Below are positions 1-9,108 of a DNA stretch of 25,038 nucleotides, piece by piece. The notes under the pieces are model-generated. The model did not search any database. It worked only from the letters and a program-made list of their open reading frames with translations, and was not told the origin of the DNA. A program made the translations under genes and the position numbers. Source of the DNA: a virus (taxonomy: Duplodnaviria > Heunggongvirae > Uroviricota > Caudoviricetes). The stretch lies in the IMG/VR virus record IMGVR_UViG_2671180444_000002. One strand, written 5' to 3'. Numbering within the stretch: position 1 is the first letter of the stretch; every line of letters begins with the position of its first letter.

Positions 1-83
1 AGGGACAGCTGATAGAAACAGAAGCCACTGGAGCACCTCAAAAACACCATCATACACTAAATCAGTAAGTTGGCAGCATCACC
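1..83 (-). mobile_element. IS1 terminal end (inverted repeat plus adjacent sequence); the rest of the element lies left of the window
   Basis: Reverse complement of 1-83 reads GGTGATGCTGCCAACTTACTGATTTAGTGTATGATGGTGTTTTTGAGGTGCTCCAGTGGCTTCTGTTTCTATCAGCTGTCCCT, which I recognise as the IS1 end. Match stops at 83. Confidence 0.75.
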
Positions 84-465
84 AGCCTTCTTGAGGCTAC
101 CACCTGTTTTCAGGTGTCATTCAGACGTGATTTGCCCCAGATTGGGAAAGCACGCTTTTTTCTCAGCTATCGTCCTCTTATTTTGCCGTTACATTTCTTT
201 TTGCATTCTAATGATTAATTTACAATAATAATATCGGTAATTATTGAGTAATAATAAATTAATTATTGCAAATGTAATTTAATTCCATCTTCGCGTTATA
301 TTCCAATCTTTAATCTCCGCATGGAACAAGTTGCATGCGTGACTATATTAAGACGACTTATAACCACCAAAACATTTGCTTTGCAAGCAAAAACAGTGAC
401 CATTGACTCTAAGAAAATTCCGATCTATTGTTAGGGTCATCAAAGTTACTTAACAGTATTCCGAA

Positions 466-567
466 ATGAAAATACAAAGCAAGCTAATTGTCTTATTAAA
501 CATTATTATTGCATTTATATTATTTGAGCTTTTAGCTCAAAAATTTGGTTTGAGTACATTATTTTAA
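466..567 (+). CDS. Hypothetical 33-aa hydrophobic peptide (MKIQSKLIVLLNIIIAFILFELLAQKFGLSTLF)
   Basis: ATG-to-TAA ORF in the AT-rich island; lysines at the N-terminus followed by a single predicted transmembrane stretch. No clear Shine-Dalgarno. Below the 60-aa cutoff of the ORF track. Confidence 0.2.
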   Translation: MKIQSKLIVLLNIIIAFILFELLAQKFGLSTLF

Positions 568-715
568 AGCAAGATAAACAATATCGGGCACTCTAGTTTT
601 TATAATTAACAATTAAACGTCCATAAAATGTTATTTACTTTTCTTCGCTATTGTCATATCTTAATATAGTGGCTTACGCCACTCTACTTTCATCACATTT
701 TGTACGTTTATGTAC

Positions 716-746
716 TCGCCATGAAGCTCTTTCATGGCGATTTTTT
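716..746 (+). terminator. Rho-independent terminator (9-10 bp stem, 5-nt loop, T6 tail)
   Basis: TCGCCATGAA-GCTCT-TTCATGGCGA followed by TTTTTT on the plus strand. Confidence 0.5.
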
Positions 747-832
747 ATTCTTAATCCAAGAACATACTCCCTACCTATAGCAAAATCACTTTTTTAACAA
801 AAGAATAACGTATTTAGGTAATCATTACGAAT

Positions 833-1429
833 TTACCCTATAGGTGCTACTGGCCATTCAATATCCGGTGCAGTTGATGTATCAACACGGTTCAGCAACA
901 CCCGATACTTTTTCCAAGCTTCCAGCAACAAGGTTTCTTTCTCCGTTGCGATCTCCAGATCCACAGCATCCTGAAGCGGCGCTATATGCTCACTGGCTAC
1001 CTGCATCAGGCTGTTTTTTGTTTCTTCCGCCTCCCGGATCCGGAACAGTTTTTCTGCTTCCGTATCCTTCACCCAGGCTGTGCCGTTCCACTTCTGAAAC
1101 NNNNNNNNNNNNNNNNNNNNNNNNNNNNNNNNNNNNNNNNNNNNNNNNNNNNNNNNNNNNNNNNNNNNNNNNNNNNNNNNNNNNNNNNNNNNNNNNNNNN
1201 NNNNNNNNNNNNNNNNNNNNNNNNNNNNNNNNNNNNNNNNNNNNNNNNNNNNNNNNNNNNNNNNNNNNNNNNNNNNNNNNNNNNNNNNNNNNNNNNNNNN
1301 NNNNNNNNNNNNNNNNNNNNNNNNNNNNNNNNNNNNNNNNNNNNNNNNNNNNNNNNNNNNNNNNNNNNNNNNNNNNNNNNNNNNNNNNNNTTTTATGGTC
1401 CGTGCTTGTTCACTCATTCTGAATGCCAT
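833..1429 (-). CDS. tfa: Tail fibre assembly protein Tfa; interior hidden by N-run
   Basis: N-terminus [13 protein letters not shown] and C-terminal half ([25 protein letters not shown]...) match lambda Tfa. Start overlaps the stf stop by 1 nt (TAATG). Confidence 0.9.
   Translation of the reverse strand: MAFRMSEQARTIKXXXXXXXXXXXXXXXXXXXXXXXXXXXXXXXXXXXXXXXXXXXXXXXXXXXXXXXXXXXXXXXXXXXXXXXXXXXXXXXXXXXXXXXXXXXXXXXXXFQKWNGTAWVKDTEAEKLFRIREAEETKNSLMQVASEHIAPLQDAVDLEIATEKETLLLEAWKKYRVLLNRVDTSTAPDIEWPVAPIG
1101..1390. other. N-run (unsequenced or masked), inside tfa
   Basis: 290 consecutive n. Confidence 1.
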
Positions 1430-4400
1430 TATGCGAGCCTCACAATATAGTTAAATGCGATGTTTTTGACGGTGTTTTCCGCGTTACCAGCAGCGTTAAC
1501 GGTGATGGTGTGTCCATGTGAACCAATCGCAACAGAGTGCGTATGAGCACCAATACCGACAGTATGCGCGTGTGCACCCGCAGATGCTGCTGTGCCGGAC
1601 AGTGAGTGTGTATGGTTTCCTTCTGAAGATGATTTACCTACCCATTGGGAGGTGCCACTGGTTAATGAGCCACTGATACCAACCTGATTAGTCCCGCTAA
1701 CTTGAGTACTCCCTGCCGGAAACATTCCAGTAGGTTGACTCCCGCTATTCGTTCTGGGCCCAGTCTGACTATGTTGGTGGGCCCCAGCTGAACTTGTAGA
1801 GCCGCTCAGACTGTGCGTATGCGCCCCGGTGTTATTCGTGGATTTAGTGCCGTAATCAAACGACGATGTGGTTTTCGTCCCCAAATCCGTACTGGATGCG
1901 CTGGCGCTGTGGGTGTGCGATTTAATGCCATCCTGTTCCTGAGACAATACGGCACGACCACTGGCGGGCTTGCCCTTAATCGTCCAGCCACGCATATCAG
2001 GGATCACGCCTGACGGATAAGCGGCTGCAAGTTTCGGGTAAGCAGATTTGTCAAAAGTCTGCCCCTGCATCAGGGCATAACCAGACGGAACGGTATCTGA
2101 TGGCCACGGGATTGGTGCACCGACTGGATAAAACTCTGCAGGAGGATGAGCCGAGGTGTAAAGCTGCGCCCACGGCGACCAGTTTGCGTCGGTCGTATCC
2201 CGTCGTGAACGAATAAATGCCGGAGCATGAGCACCGCTTGTACCACTCCAGCCGATGAGTAACTCACCTTCGCCAACGGCTGTCATCCCTTTCAGGTGAA
2301 TGATATTTCCATACGCTGTTGGATATCCGTTGTTATACACCTCGTATAACTCAAGACCTGCTGCCCCCTGCGTATTGTCTGTCAGCGCGGCTACCCGACC
2401 TTTTGAAGCCAGATTAACTGATGATACTGCTGTTCCACCTGACGGTAGCGCCCCGATCTCTGATGCCGTTGGCTTATTTCTGGAGTTATAGTCCCTTCGC
2501 CAGCCAGGTGAATAATCTGTTCCGTGATTAATATAGGTAAACTGGGCGTTGGTTGTTCCGCCACCGCTGGATGTGGTCGGAGTGGTAATGCGGATCGTCA
2601 TCGCTGACTTTATCCCCATTACTTCAATGACAGCTCCGGCGAGATGAATATTACCGCAGCCAGTATCAGTAATGATTTTATTATTGCCATAAGACCAGGA
2701 ACCCTTGCACATCCAGTATGGATGGTTAAATGCTCCCTGAGAATCCAGCCACTCGATAAACTGTGCAGTCGTCCAGTTTCCTGTTGTTGTGCTTACTGAC
2801 CCACCGAAGGCACGGCAGGCACCAATATTTTTCGTAAAGGTGTCTTTGCCAGGGATATCCGCACCGTTCTGATCTTTCTGCAGACGTTTCTCAGCATTGT
2901 CATTGGCTGCTTTTACTGCCTTTGGCGTTGCCGCCAGCGTTTCAGACGTGCTGTTGGTCGCGCTGCTTAGCTGGATTATCCCTTTCTGTGCTGTCGTTGC
3001 ATCCTGTGCGGTGTATTTCCCGTTAGCCAGGTCATACGCGGCCTTAACGGCTTTTGGTGTTGCCGCCAGTGACTCGGAAGTGCTGTTAGTCGCACTACTG
3101 AGCTGTACTATCCCCTTTTTCGTCGTGCTCGCATCCTCAAGCGCCACGGCGGATGCAATATCCTCTGCCCGTTTTGCCGCTGTCTCAGCGCGCGTTGCTG
3201 CAGATTCCGCCGTACTTTTGCTCTGAGCTGCTGCCGTCGCACTACCAGCAGCCTCTGTCGCCTTCGTGGATGCCGTCGTGGCGCTGCCCTTCGCTGCTGA
3301 CGCCTGTCTGGTCGCCTCATCTTTTGAAGCAGACGCCGATGATGCCGATGACGCCGCCGAACTGGCGGACGATGCGGCAGCCGTTTTTGAGGATTCTGCA
3401 CGGGTTTCCGACGCTTTCGCGTTCGTTTCGGATGTCTTCGCTGCGGAAGCTGACCTCGCTGCTGCCGTGGCCTGCTCAGTGGCTTCGCCAGCCTTCGTTG
3501 TGGCTGTTGAAGCGGATGATGCGGCGCTTTCTGCCGATTTTCCGGCGGCGGTGGCACTGGCTGAGGCCTGCCCGGCACTTGTTGACGCGGCGCTGGCAGA
3601 CGACGCAGCCGCTGTTTTTGAGCCTGCCGCAGCTGAGGCACTCTGTCCCGCTGCCGTTTCAGAAGACCTGGCGTTCGTCTCGGACGTTTTGGCCGCCTTC
3701 GCAGAATTTGCAGCCGCCGTCGCCGAGGAAGCTGCGCTACTGGCGCTTGATGATGCGTTCGTTTCTGATGATTTTGCCGCCTCTTTTGAAGCCGACGCAT
3801 CCCGGGCTGAGGTGGCAGCTTCTGACGCTTTCGTGGTCGCGGTGGATGCAGAAGTGGCTGCTGATTGTTGTGACGCTGCCGCATTCGTTTCTAACGTTTT
3901 CGCCGCACCGGCACTGGTAGCCGCCGCGCTTTTTGAGGACTCTGCAGCGGCAGCACTTTTTGAGGCTTCAGTGGCCTTTGTTGATGCCGTTCCTGCGCTG
4001 GAAGACGCTGACTGAGCCGACGAAGCGGCCTGTCCGGCTGACGTGCTGGCTGCACGTGCTGAATCTGCAGCATCAGTCGCATGGGTTGCCGCCTCACGGG
4101 CTGATGTGCTGGCATCGCTGGCTGATTTCTTCGCGGCTGCCGTGTTCTGTGCCACCGCGGACGCGTTACGCGCCACCTCTTCCACCATCAGCTCAAAACG
4201 GCGCAGTGCCTCCGGACGGGCATCATCCTCCGTCATGGCACCGAGAAAATCATTCAGCGTACCGGGTCGGGAATCTTCATACACGGTGATGGTCCCGGCA
4301 TGTGACGGCGGGAATCCTTCCACCAACAGAATAACGCTGTACTGACCGTACTCAACGTCCATGCTGTAACGCCCGGCTTCATCCGGATTTTCTGAGGCCA

Positions 4401-4512
4401 GCGTGTTCACCACCACCGTGGTGCTGTTACGTTTTGCTTTCAGCTGGATTGTGCAGTTCTGTACCGGTTTTCCTGTGCCGTCTTTCAGTACACCTGAAAT
4501 CTTTACTGCCAT
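1429..4512 (-). CDS. stf: Side tail fibre protein Stf, long mosaic form (about 1027 aa)
   Basis: N-terminus [31 protein letters not shown] and C-terminus ...[31 protein letters not shown] match lambda Stf. The ORF track begins 6 nt upstream at a GTG; ATG at 4510-4512 gives the lambda-like start. Confidence 0.9.
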   Translation of the reverse strand: MAVKISGVLKDGTGKPVQNCTIQLKAKRNSTTVVVNTLASENPDEAGRYSMDVEYGQYSVILLVEGFPPSHAGTITVYEDSRPGTLNDFLGAMTEDDARPEALRRFELMVEEVARNASAVAQNTAAAKKSASDASTSAREAATHATDAADSARAASTSAGQAASSAQSASSSAGTASTKATEASKSAAAAESSKSAAATSAGAAKTLETNAAASQQSAATSASTATTKASEAATSARDASASKEAAKSSETNASSSASSAASSATAAANSAKAAKTSETNARSSETAAGQSASAAAGSKTAAASSASAASTSAGQASASATAAGKSAESAASSASTATTKAGEATEQATAAARSASAAKTSETNAKASETRAESSKTAAASSASSAASSASSASASKDEATRQASAAKGSATTASTKATEAAGSATAAAQSKSTAESAATRAETAAKRAEDIASAVALEDASTTKKGIVQLSSATNSTSESLAATPKAVKAAYDLANGKYTAQDATTAQKGIIQLSSATNSTSETLAATPKAVKAANDNAEKRLQKDQNGADIPGKDTFTKNIGACRAFGGSVSTTTGNWTTAQFIEWLDSQGAFNHPYWMCKGSWSYGNNKIITDTGCGNIHLAGAVIEVMGIKSAMTIRITTPTTSSGGGTTNAQFTYINHGTDYSPGWRRDYNSRNKPTASEIGALPSGGTAVSSVNLASKGRVAALTDNTQGAAGLELYEVYNNGYPTAYGNIIHLKGMTAVGEGELLIGWSGTSGAHAPAFIRSRRDTTDANWSPWAQLYTSAHPPAEFYPVGAPIPWPSDTVPSGYALMQGQTFDKSAYPKLAAAYPSGVIPDMRGWTIKGKPASGRAVLSQEQDGIKSHTHSASASSTDLGTKTTSSFDYGTKSTNNTGAHTHSLSGSTSSAGAHQHSQTGPRTNSGSQPTGMFPAGSTQVSGTNQVGISGSLTSGTSQWVGKSSSEGNHTHSLSGTAASAGAHAHTVGIGAHTHSVAIGSHGHTITVNAAGNAENTVKNIAFNYIVRLA
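2900..3130 (-). repeat. Tandem nucleotide repeat inside stf encoding two copies of the phage tail-fibre repeat motif
   Basis: Two near-identical units of about 90 nt encode [29 protein letters not shown] and [29 protein letters not shown]. Coordinates approximate. Confidence 0.6.
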
Positions 4513-4523
4513 ATTCACCCCAC

Positions 4524-4550
4524 AAAAAAGCCCGCCTGAACCGGCGGGCT
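4524..4550 (-). terminator. Rho-independent terminator between lom and stf
   Basis: Minus strand reads AGCCCGCC-GGTTCA-GGCGGGCT followed by TTTTTTG; lies 27 nt after the lom stop and 12 nt before the stf start. Confidence 0.6.
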
Positions 4551-4576
4551 GTCATAACACTGTGTTACCTGGCTAA

Positions 4577-4671
4577 TCAGAATTTATAACCGACACCCAC
4601 GATGAAACCGTCAGTGCGCCAGAGACGTGTTGCTGTGGCGACCGTCATCACTTCCGGTCAGCACATCGTGC
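4577..4671 (-). CDS. lom: Outer-membrane beta-barrel protein Lom (Ail/OmpX family), 3' end only; rest hidden in N-run
   Basis: Minus-strand translation ends ...WRTDGFIVGVGYKF*, matching the lambda Lom C-terminus and the aromatic-x-aromatic ending typical of beta-barrels. Stop codon at 4577-4579. Confidence 0.7.
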
Positions 4672-4884
4672 NNNNNNNNNNNNNNNNNNNNNNNNNNNNN
4701 NNNNNNNNNNNNNNNNNNNNNNNNNNNNNNNNNNNNNNNNNNNNNNNNNNNNNNNNNNNNNNNNNNNNNNNNNNNNNNNNNNNNNNNNNNNNNNNNNNNN
4801 NNNNNNNNNNNNNNNNNNNNNNNNNNNNNNNNNNNNNNNNNNNNNNNNNNNNNNNNNNNNNNNNNNNNNNNNNNNNNNNNNNNN
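4672..4884. other. N-run covering the J stop, the J-lom spacer and most of lom
   Basis: 213 consecutive n. Confidence 1.
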
Positions 4885-7800
4885 TACTGATGCCGGAAGC
4901 CGCTTTTTTGGTCACAATCACCGTACAGTCGGTGATATTGCCTGCCCCCTGATTGCCTTTCTGGAAAATCTTAAACTCCAGAGTGACGCTACCACCACCA
5001 CTAGGCATATCAATAACTGCACTGTAACTACCGGGAATGGCACCTTTAGTTTCTCTGGATGCGATTAATACGCCGTTTTTGCGAACTTCAAAACCATAAC
5101 CCGTGTATCGCGTGCCTCCTGGGTTATTTCCGCTCCCCGGATCGTCATACGCTATACCGTTAAAAATAATGGGCGGAATAATAATCTGGCGGTCAAAGTT
5201 ATGATCATCGCTTATGGTGACTGTAACCGTCCCGTTTGGTGTTTCCGTGTTACCCCACGTACCAGCCTGTTTCGGAAATGATTTGGATACAGCTTTAACG
5301 AAGTCACCTCTGACCTGAGTCGCCTCCAGCATGCCCTTAATCGTACAGTTTTCATTTACCGTGACATTGTTGAGCGTCCCGGCGTTCGCATTCACACTGC
5401 CACTGATATCCGCATTTTTAGCGGTCAGCTTTCCGTCCGGAGTCAGGGAAAATGCCGATGGATTTCCACCGCTGGTAATGGTGGGGGCCGTCAGGCGTTT
5501 CAGGAACACGTCGTTCATGAATATCTGATCGCCCTGACCAACAAACATCGGTTTTGTGTTGCCATTCGCAGGATTAACCATCGCAATCCTGTCCGCCGCC
5601 AGCAGCACCTGACTCTGCATGCCGTCAGGGGTGTTCTCAATACCGGCACCAATACCCGCGATATAAAGGCGTCCGTCCTGCATCTGCTGCAGCTTCACAG
5701 CCCACATGCTGTTCAGGTTATTATTTGTATCAACCTGAACCTTCTGTATCTGCTGAATTGCCGCACTCTGGTCTTCCAGTTTCTTATTGACGGTCTGCGT
5801 GATTTCATTGCTGACATCCGTAATGGACGTCCTGATTTCAGCCAGGTCAGGCGCAAGCTGACCGTTATCAATCTGCGTCCACAGCTCCTGAGCCAGATGG
5901 GTTTTCCCTATCTCGCCTTTGAAAAAATCCAGATAACCGGATGCATCATCACTCGGCTGACCAACAGCCTCCACGAATGCCGATTTGCCAACGGTGTTCA
6001 CACTGCGGATATAAAAGTAATAATCATGGCCCGGTTTGATATTGATACTGGCGGCTATCCAGTACAGCGCCGTGCCAAGATAGCGTGCTGTGGTTTCAAC
6101 CTGCCTGATATCCGCAATCCGCTTTTCCGAGAACCAGAACTCAAACTGTACCGTCGGATCATAAACCGCAAGATGCGGCGTGGCGGTTATCTGAAAATAG
6201 CCCGGCGTCAGCTCAATCCGCGACAGCGCTGCCGGTGCGGCAATCCGGAACGATACCGACGCCGGATCGCCCTGCTGCCCCCACGCATTTACTGCCCGGA
6301 CTGTCAGCCTGTAGTTCCCCAGCGCCAGTTGTGTGAAGCGGTAAGTGGTTTCCGTCGTCCGGGCCGTGCTGACCAGCCGCTCACTGCCGTCATCCGCTGT
6401 TACGGTCAGACGGAGCAGGAAGCTCACGCCCTTCACCACCTTCGGCGTGTCCCAGCGCGCCAGCACCTGATATTCCCCGCTGTCTGCGGTGACTTCGGCA
6501 GTCAGGTGCTGCACCGCTGGCGGCGTGACACCATTCACCGTGCCGCTCTGGTCGCCGTCAAAGTGCGCCCCGTTATCCACGATGGCTTCTTTTTCCGGCA
6601 CATGCTGCACGGCGGTGATGGCATACGTGCCGTCGTCGTTCTCACGGATACTCACGCAGCGGAACAATCGCTGGTGCAGCGTCGGCAGCTTCAGCCCCCA
6701 CACGCTGTATTCAGCAACACCGTCAGGAACACGGCTCACTTTTACCTTCACGCCGTCGGTGACGGACTGGACCTCCACGCTGACCGGATTCCCCTGCCCG
6801 TCAACCAGGCTTATCAGCGTGGTGCCGGAGGATGGCAGCGTGATTTCACGGTCGAGCGTCAGCGTCCGGGTCTGGCTGTTCACCGCCAGCACGCGCCCGC
6901 CGGTGCGGATACCGGCATAGTCATCATCGCAGATTTCAATGACATCGCCCGGTACATGACGAAGCCCTTCAGCACCCACGCTGAAATCCACGGTCTGCGT
7001 CTCCAGCAGTTCCGTTTTAATCAGCCACAGCCCGGCGCGGTGTGCCTGCCCCCGGCTGGTACAGCCAAAGGCATCCATCTTCGTGACGTTACGACCGTAA
7101 CGGACAATGGCCTGCGTATCCTCCACAAGCTCTGTCGCCGTCTCCCAGCCGTTATCCGGGTCAATCCAGTTCACCTCAACGGCATTATGGCGGTCTTTCA
7201 GGGCGCTGAAACTGTAGCGGAACGGCGCGCCATCATCCGGCATCACCACATTACTGCGGTTATAGGCCCACACCTTATCCGACTGTCGGTCCTGCACGAA
7301 CGTCAGCGTCTGCCCGTTCCATACCGGCATACAGCGCATCGCCGAGCAGAAATCACTGAGCACATCCCACGCCTTGCGCTGTGTGGTCAGCCAGGCATTA
7401 CAGGTGATGCGCGGCTCCGTGCTGCCAAAGCCGTCCGGCACCGACTGGTCACAGTACTGGCCGATGACATACAGCGCCCATTTATCCACATCTGCCGCAC
7501 CAAGACGTTTCCCCATGCCATAGCGCGGATGGGTCAGCATATCCCACAGACACCAGGCCATGTTGTTGCTGTATGCCGGTTTTAACGTTCCGTCCCAGAT
7601 ACCGCTGTATTGCCGCGTCTGCGGATTATAGTTCGACGGCACCTGCAGAATGCGCCCGCGAAGATGATAATTACGGCTCACCTGCTGGCTGCCGAACTGC
7701 TCCGAATCCACCTGTACGCCGACCAGTGCCGTGTTCGGGTAGCACTGTTTCACATCGATGATTTCGGTGTATGACGACCAGAGCGTTTTGTTCTGCAGCT

Positions 7801-8376
7801 GGTCTGTGGTGCTGTCCGGCGTCATTCTGCGCATCCGGATATTAAACGGGCGCGGCGGCAGGTTATCCACCACCACCGAGGCCAGATACTGCGAGGTGGT
7901 TTTGCCCTTAATGGTGATGTCTTTTTCCGTCACCCAGCCACCGTTACGCTGTATCTGAACCAGCAGGCGAACTTCAGACGGATTCCTGTCTCCCTTTGAG
8001 GTGGTTNNNNNNNNNNNNNNNNNNNNNNNNNNNNNNNNNNNNNNNNNNNNNNNNNNNNNNNNNNNNNNNNNNNNNNNNNNNNNNNNNNNNNNNNNNNNNN
8101 NNNNNNNNNNNNNNNNNNNNNNNNNNNNNNNNNNNNNNNNNNNNNNNNNNNNNNNNNNNNNNNNNNNNNNNNNNNNNNNNNNNNNNNNNNNNNNNNNNNN
8201 NNNNNNNNNNNNNNNNNNNNNNNNNNNNNNNNNNNNNNNNNNNNNNNNNNNNNNNNATCCACCGGACCTTCAACCGGCCCTTCGCTGATGGCATCGATCA
8301 CACTCAGCAGCTGCGTGGACTTCAGGTTGTCCTTCGCTTCGCGCGGGGTATGCCCCTTACTGCTGCCTTTACCCAT
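4885..8376 (-). CDS. J: Tail tip / host specificity protein J (central fibre); two N-runs interrupt it and the 3' end is inside the 4672-4884 gap
   Basis: N-terminus [34 protein letters not shown] at 8376; body ([20 protein letters not shown]... through ...[13 protein letters not shown]) matches lambda J. ORF-track entries 7930-8376 and 4658-7933 are the same gene split by a gap whose length is not a multiple of 3. Confidence 0.9.
8007..8256. other. N-run inside the J N-terminal region
   Basis: 250 consecutive n; reading frame before and after differs by one position. Confidence 1.
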
Positions 8377-8436
8377 TCGTCATGCTCCATAAACGATAAA
8401 ACCGCCCGGAGGCGATTTCACATAAAACATTTTGCA

Positions 8437-9108
8437 TCAGCGACCAATCACCACAACCTGACCACCGTCCCCTTCGTCTGCCGTGCTGATCTCCTGAGAT
8501 ACCACACGTGACCCCACGCGCATTTCACCATACAGAACAGGCATAACATTGCCCTGGGCAACCATGTTATCCAGTGAGGAGAAATAGGTGTTCTGCTTAC
8601 CGTTATCCGTTGTCTGTGTGCGGGGAGTTCTGGCTTTCGGTGCCAGCATCTGAGCCACACCGCCGAGCACCATACTGGCACCGAGAGAAAACAGAATGCC
8701 GGTCATACCACCGGCACCAATGGCAGCCCCCCATGCTGCAAGGGTGGCTCCGGCGGTAAAGAATGATCCGGCAATGGCGGCTGCTCCCAGGACAATCTGG
8801 AATACACCACCTGACTTGGCCCCGGCGACTCTGGGAACAATATGAATCACAGCGCCGTCAGGCAGAGCCTCATGTAACTGTGCCGTTAATCCGGACGTGC
8901 TAACATCCTGCCCGGCAATACGCACCTGATACCAGCCGTCGCTCAGCTTCTGACGAAACGCAGGGAGCTGTGTGGCCATCGCCCGGATGGCTTCGGCACC
9001 CGTTTTCACACGAAGGTCGATGCGGCGGCCAAATCGTTGCAAATCCCCGTAAAGGCAGATGCGTGCCATGCCCGGTGACGCCAGAGGGAGTGTGTGCGTC
9101 GCTGCCAT
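8437..9108 (-). CDS. I: Tail tip assembly protein I
   Basis: 223 aa, MAATHTLPLASPGMARICLYGDLQRFGRR..., same length as lambda I with the ubiquitin-like N-terminus; 60-nt spacer to J as in lambda. Confidence 0.9.
   Translation of the reverse strand: MAATHTLPLASPGMARICLYGDLQRFGRRIDLRVKTGAEAIRAMATQLPAFRQKLSDGWYQVRIAGQDVSTSGLTAQLHEALPDGAVIHIVPRVAGAKSGGVFQIVLGAAAIAGSFFTAGATLAAWGAAIGAGGMTGILFSLGASMVLGGVAQMLAPKARTPRTQTTDNGKQNTYFSSLDNMVAQGNVMPVLYGEMRVGSRVVSQEISTADEGDGGQVVVIGR

Noticed and set aside
266-303. Candidate sigma70 promoter (TTGCAA … TATATT) in the AT-rich island
   Set aside because: Spacer is about 25 nt, far from the 17-nt optimum; in such AT-rich DNA hexamer matches occur by chance.
2897-3226. 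109-aa plus-strand ORF with internally duplicated sequence
   Set aside because: Antisense image of the tandem tail-fibre repeat in stf; no independent start signals.
3108-4015. Overlapping ORFs 3266-4015 (+, Ala/Asp-rich) and 3108-3884 (-, Arg/Pro/Gln-rich) inside stf
   Set aside because: Alternative-frame and antisense readings of the repetitive Ala/Ser-coding shaft of stf; composition is non-protein-like and the true frame is fixed by the lambda-like Stf N- and C-termini.
5897-7585. 562-aa plus-strand ORF antisense to J
   Set aside because: Arg/Pro/His-rich low-complexity translation with no domain-like features, fully inside J on the opposite strand; typical artefact of a GC-rich gene with few antisense stops.
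7930-8376. ORF-track entry 7930-8376 as a separate 148-aa gene
   Set aside because: Its N-terminus is the J N-terminus and the text after the N-run is out of frame; it is the 5' part of J, not an independent gene.
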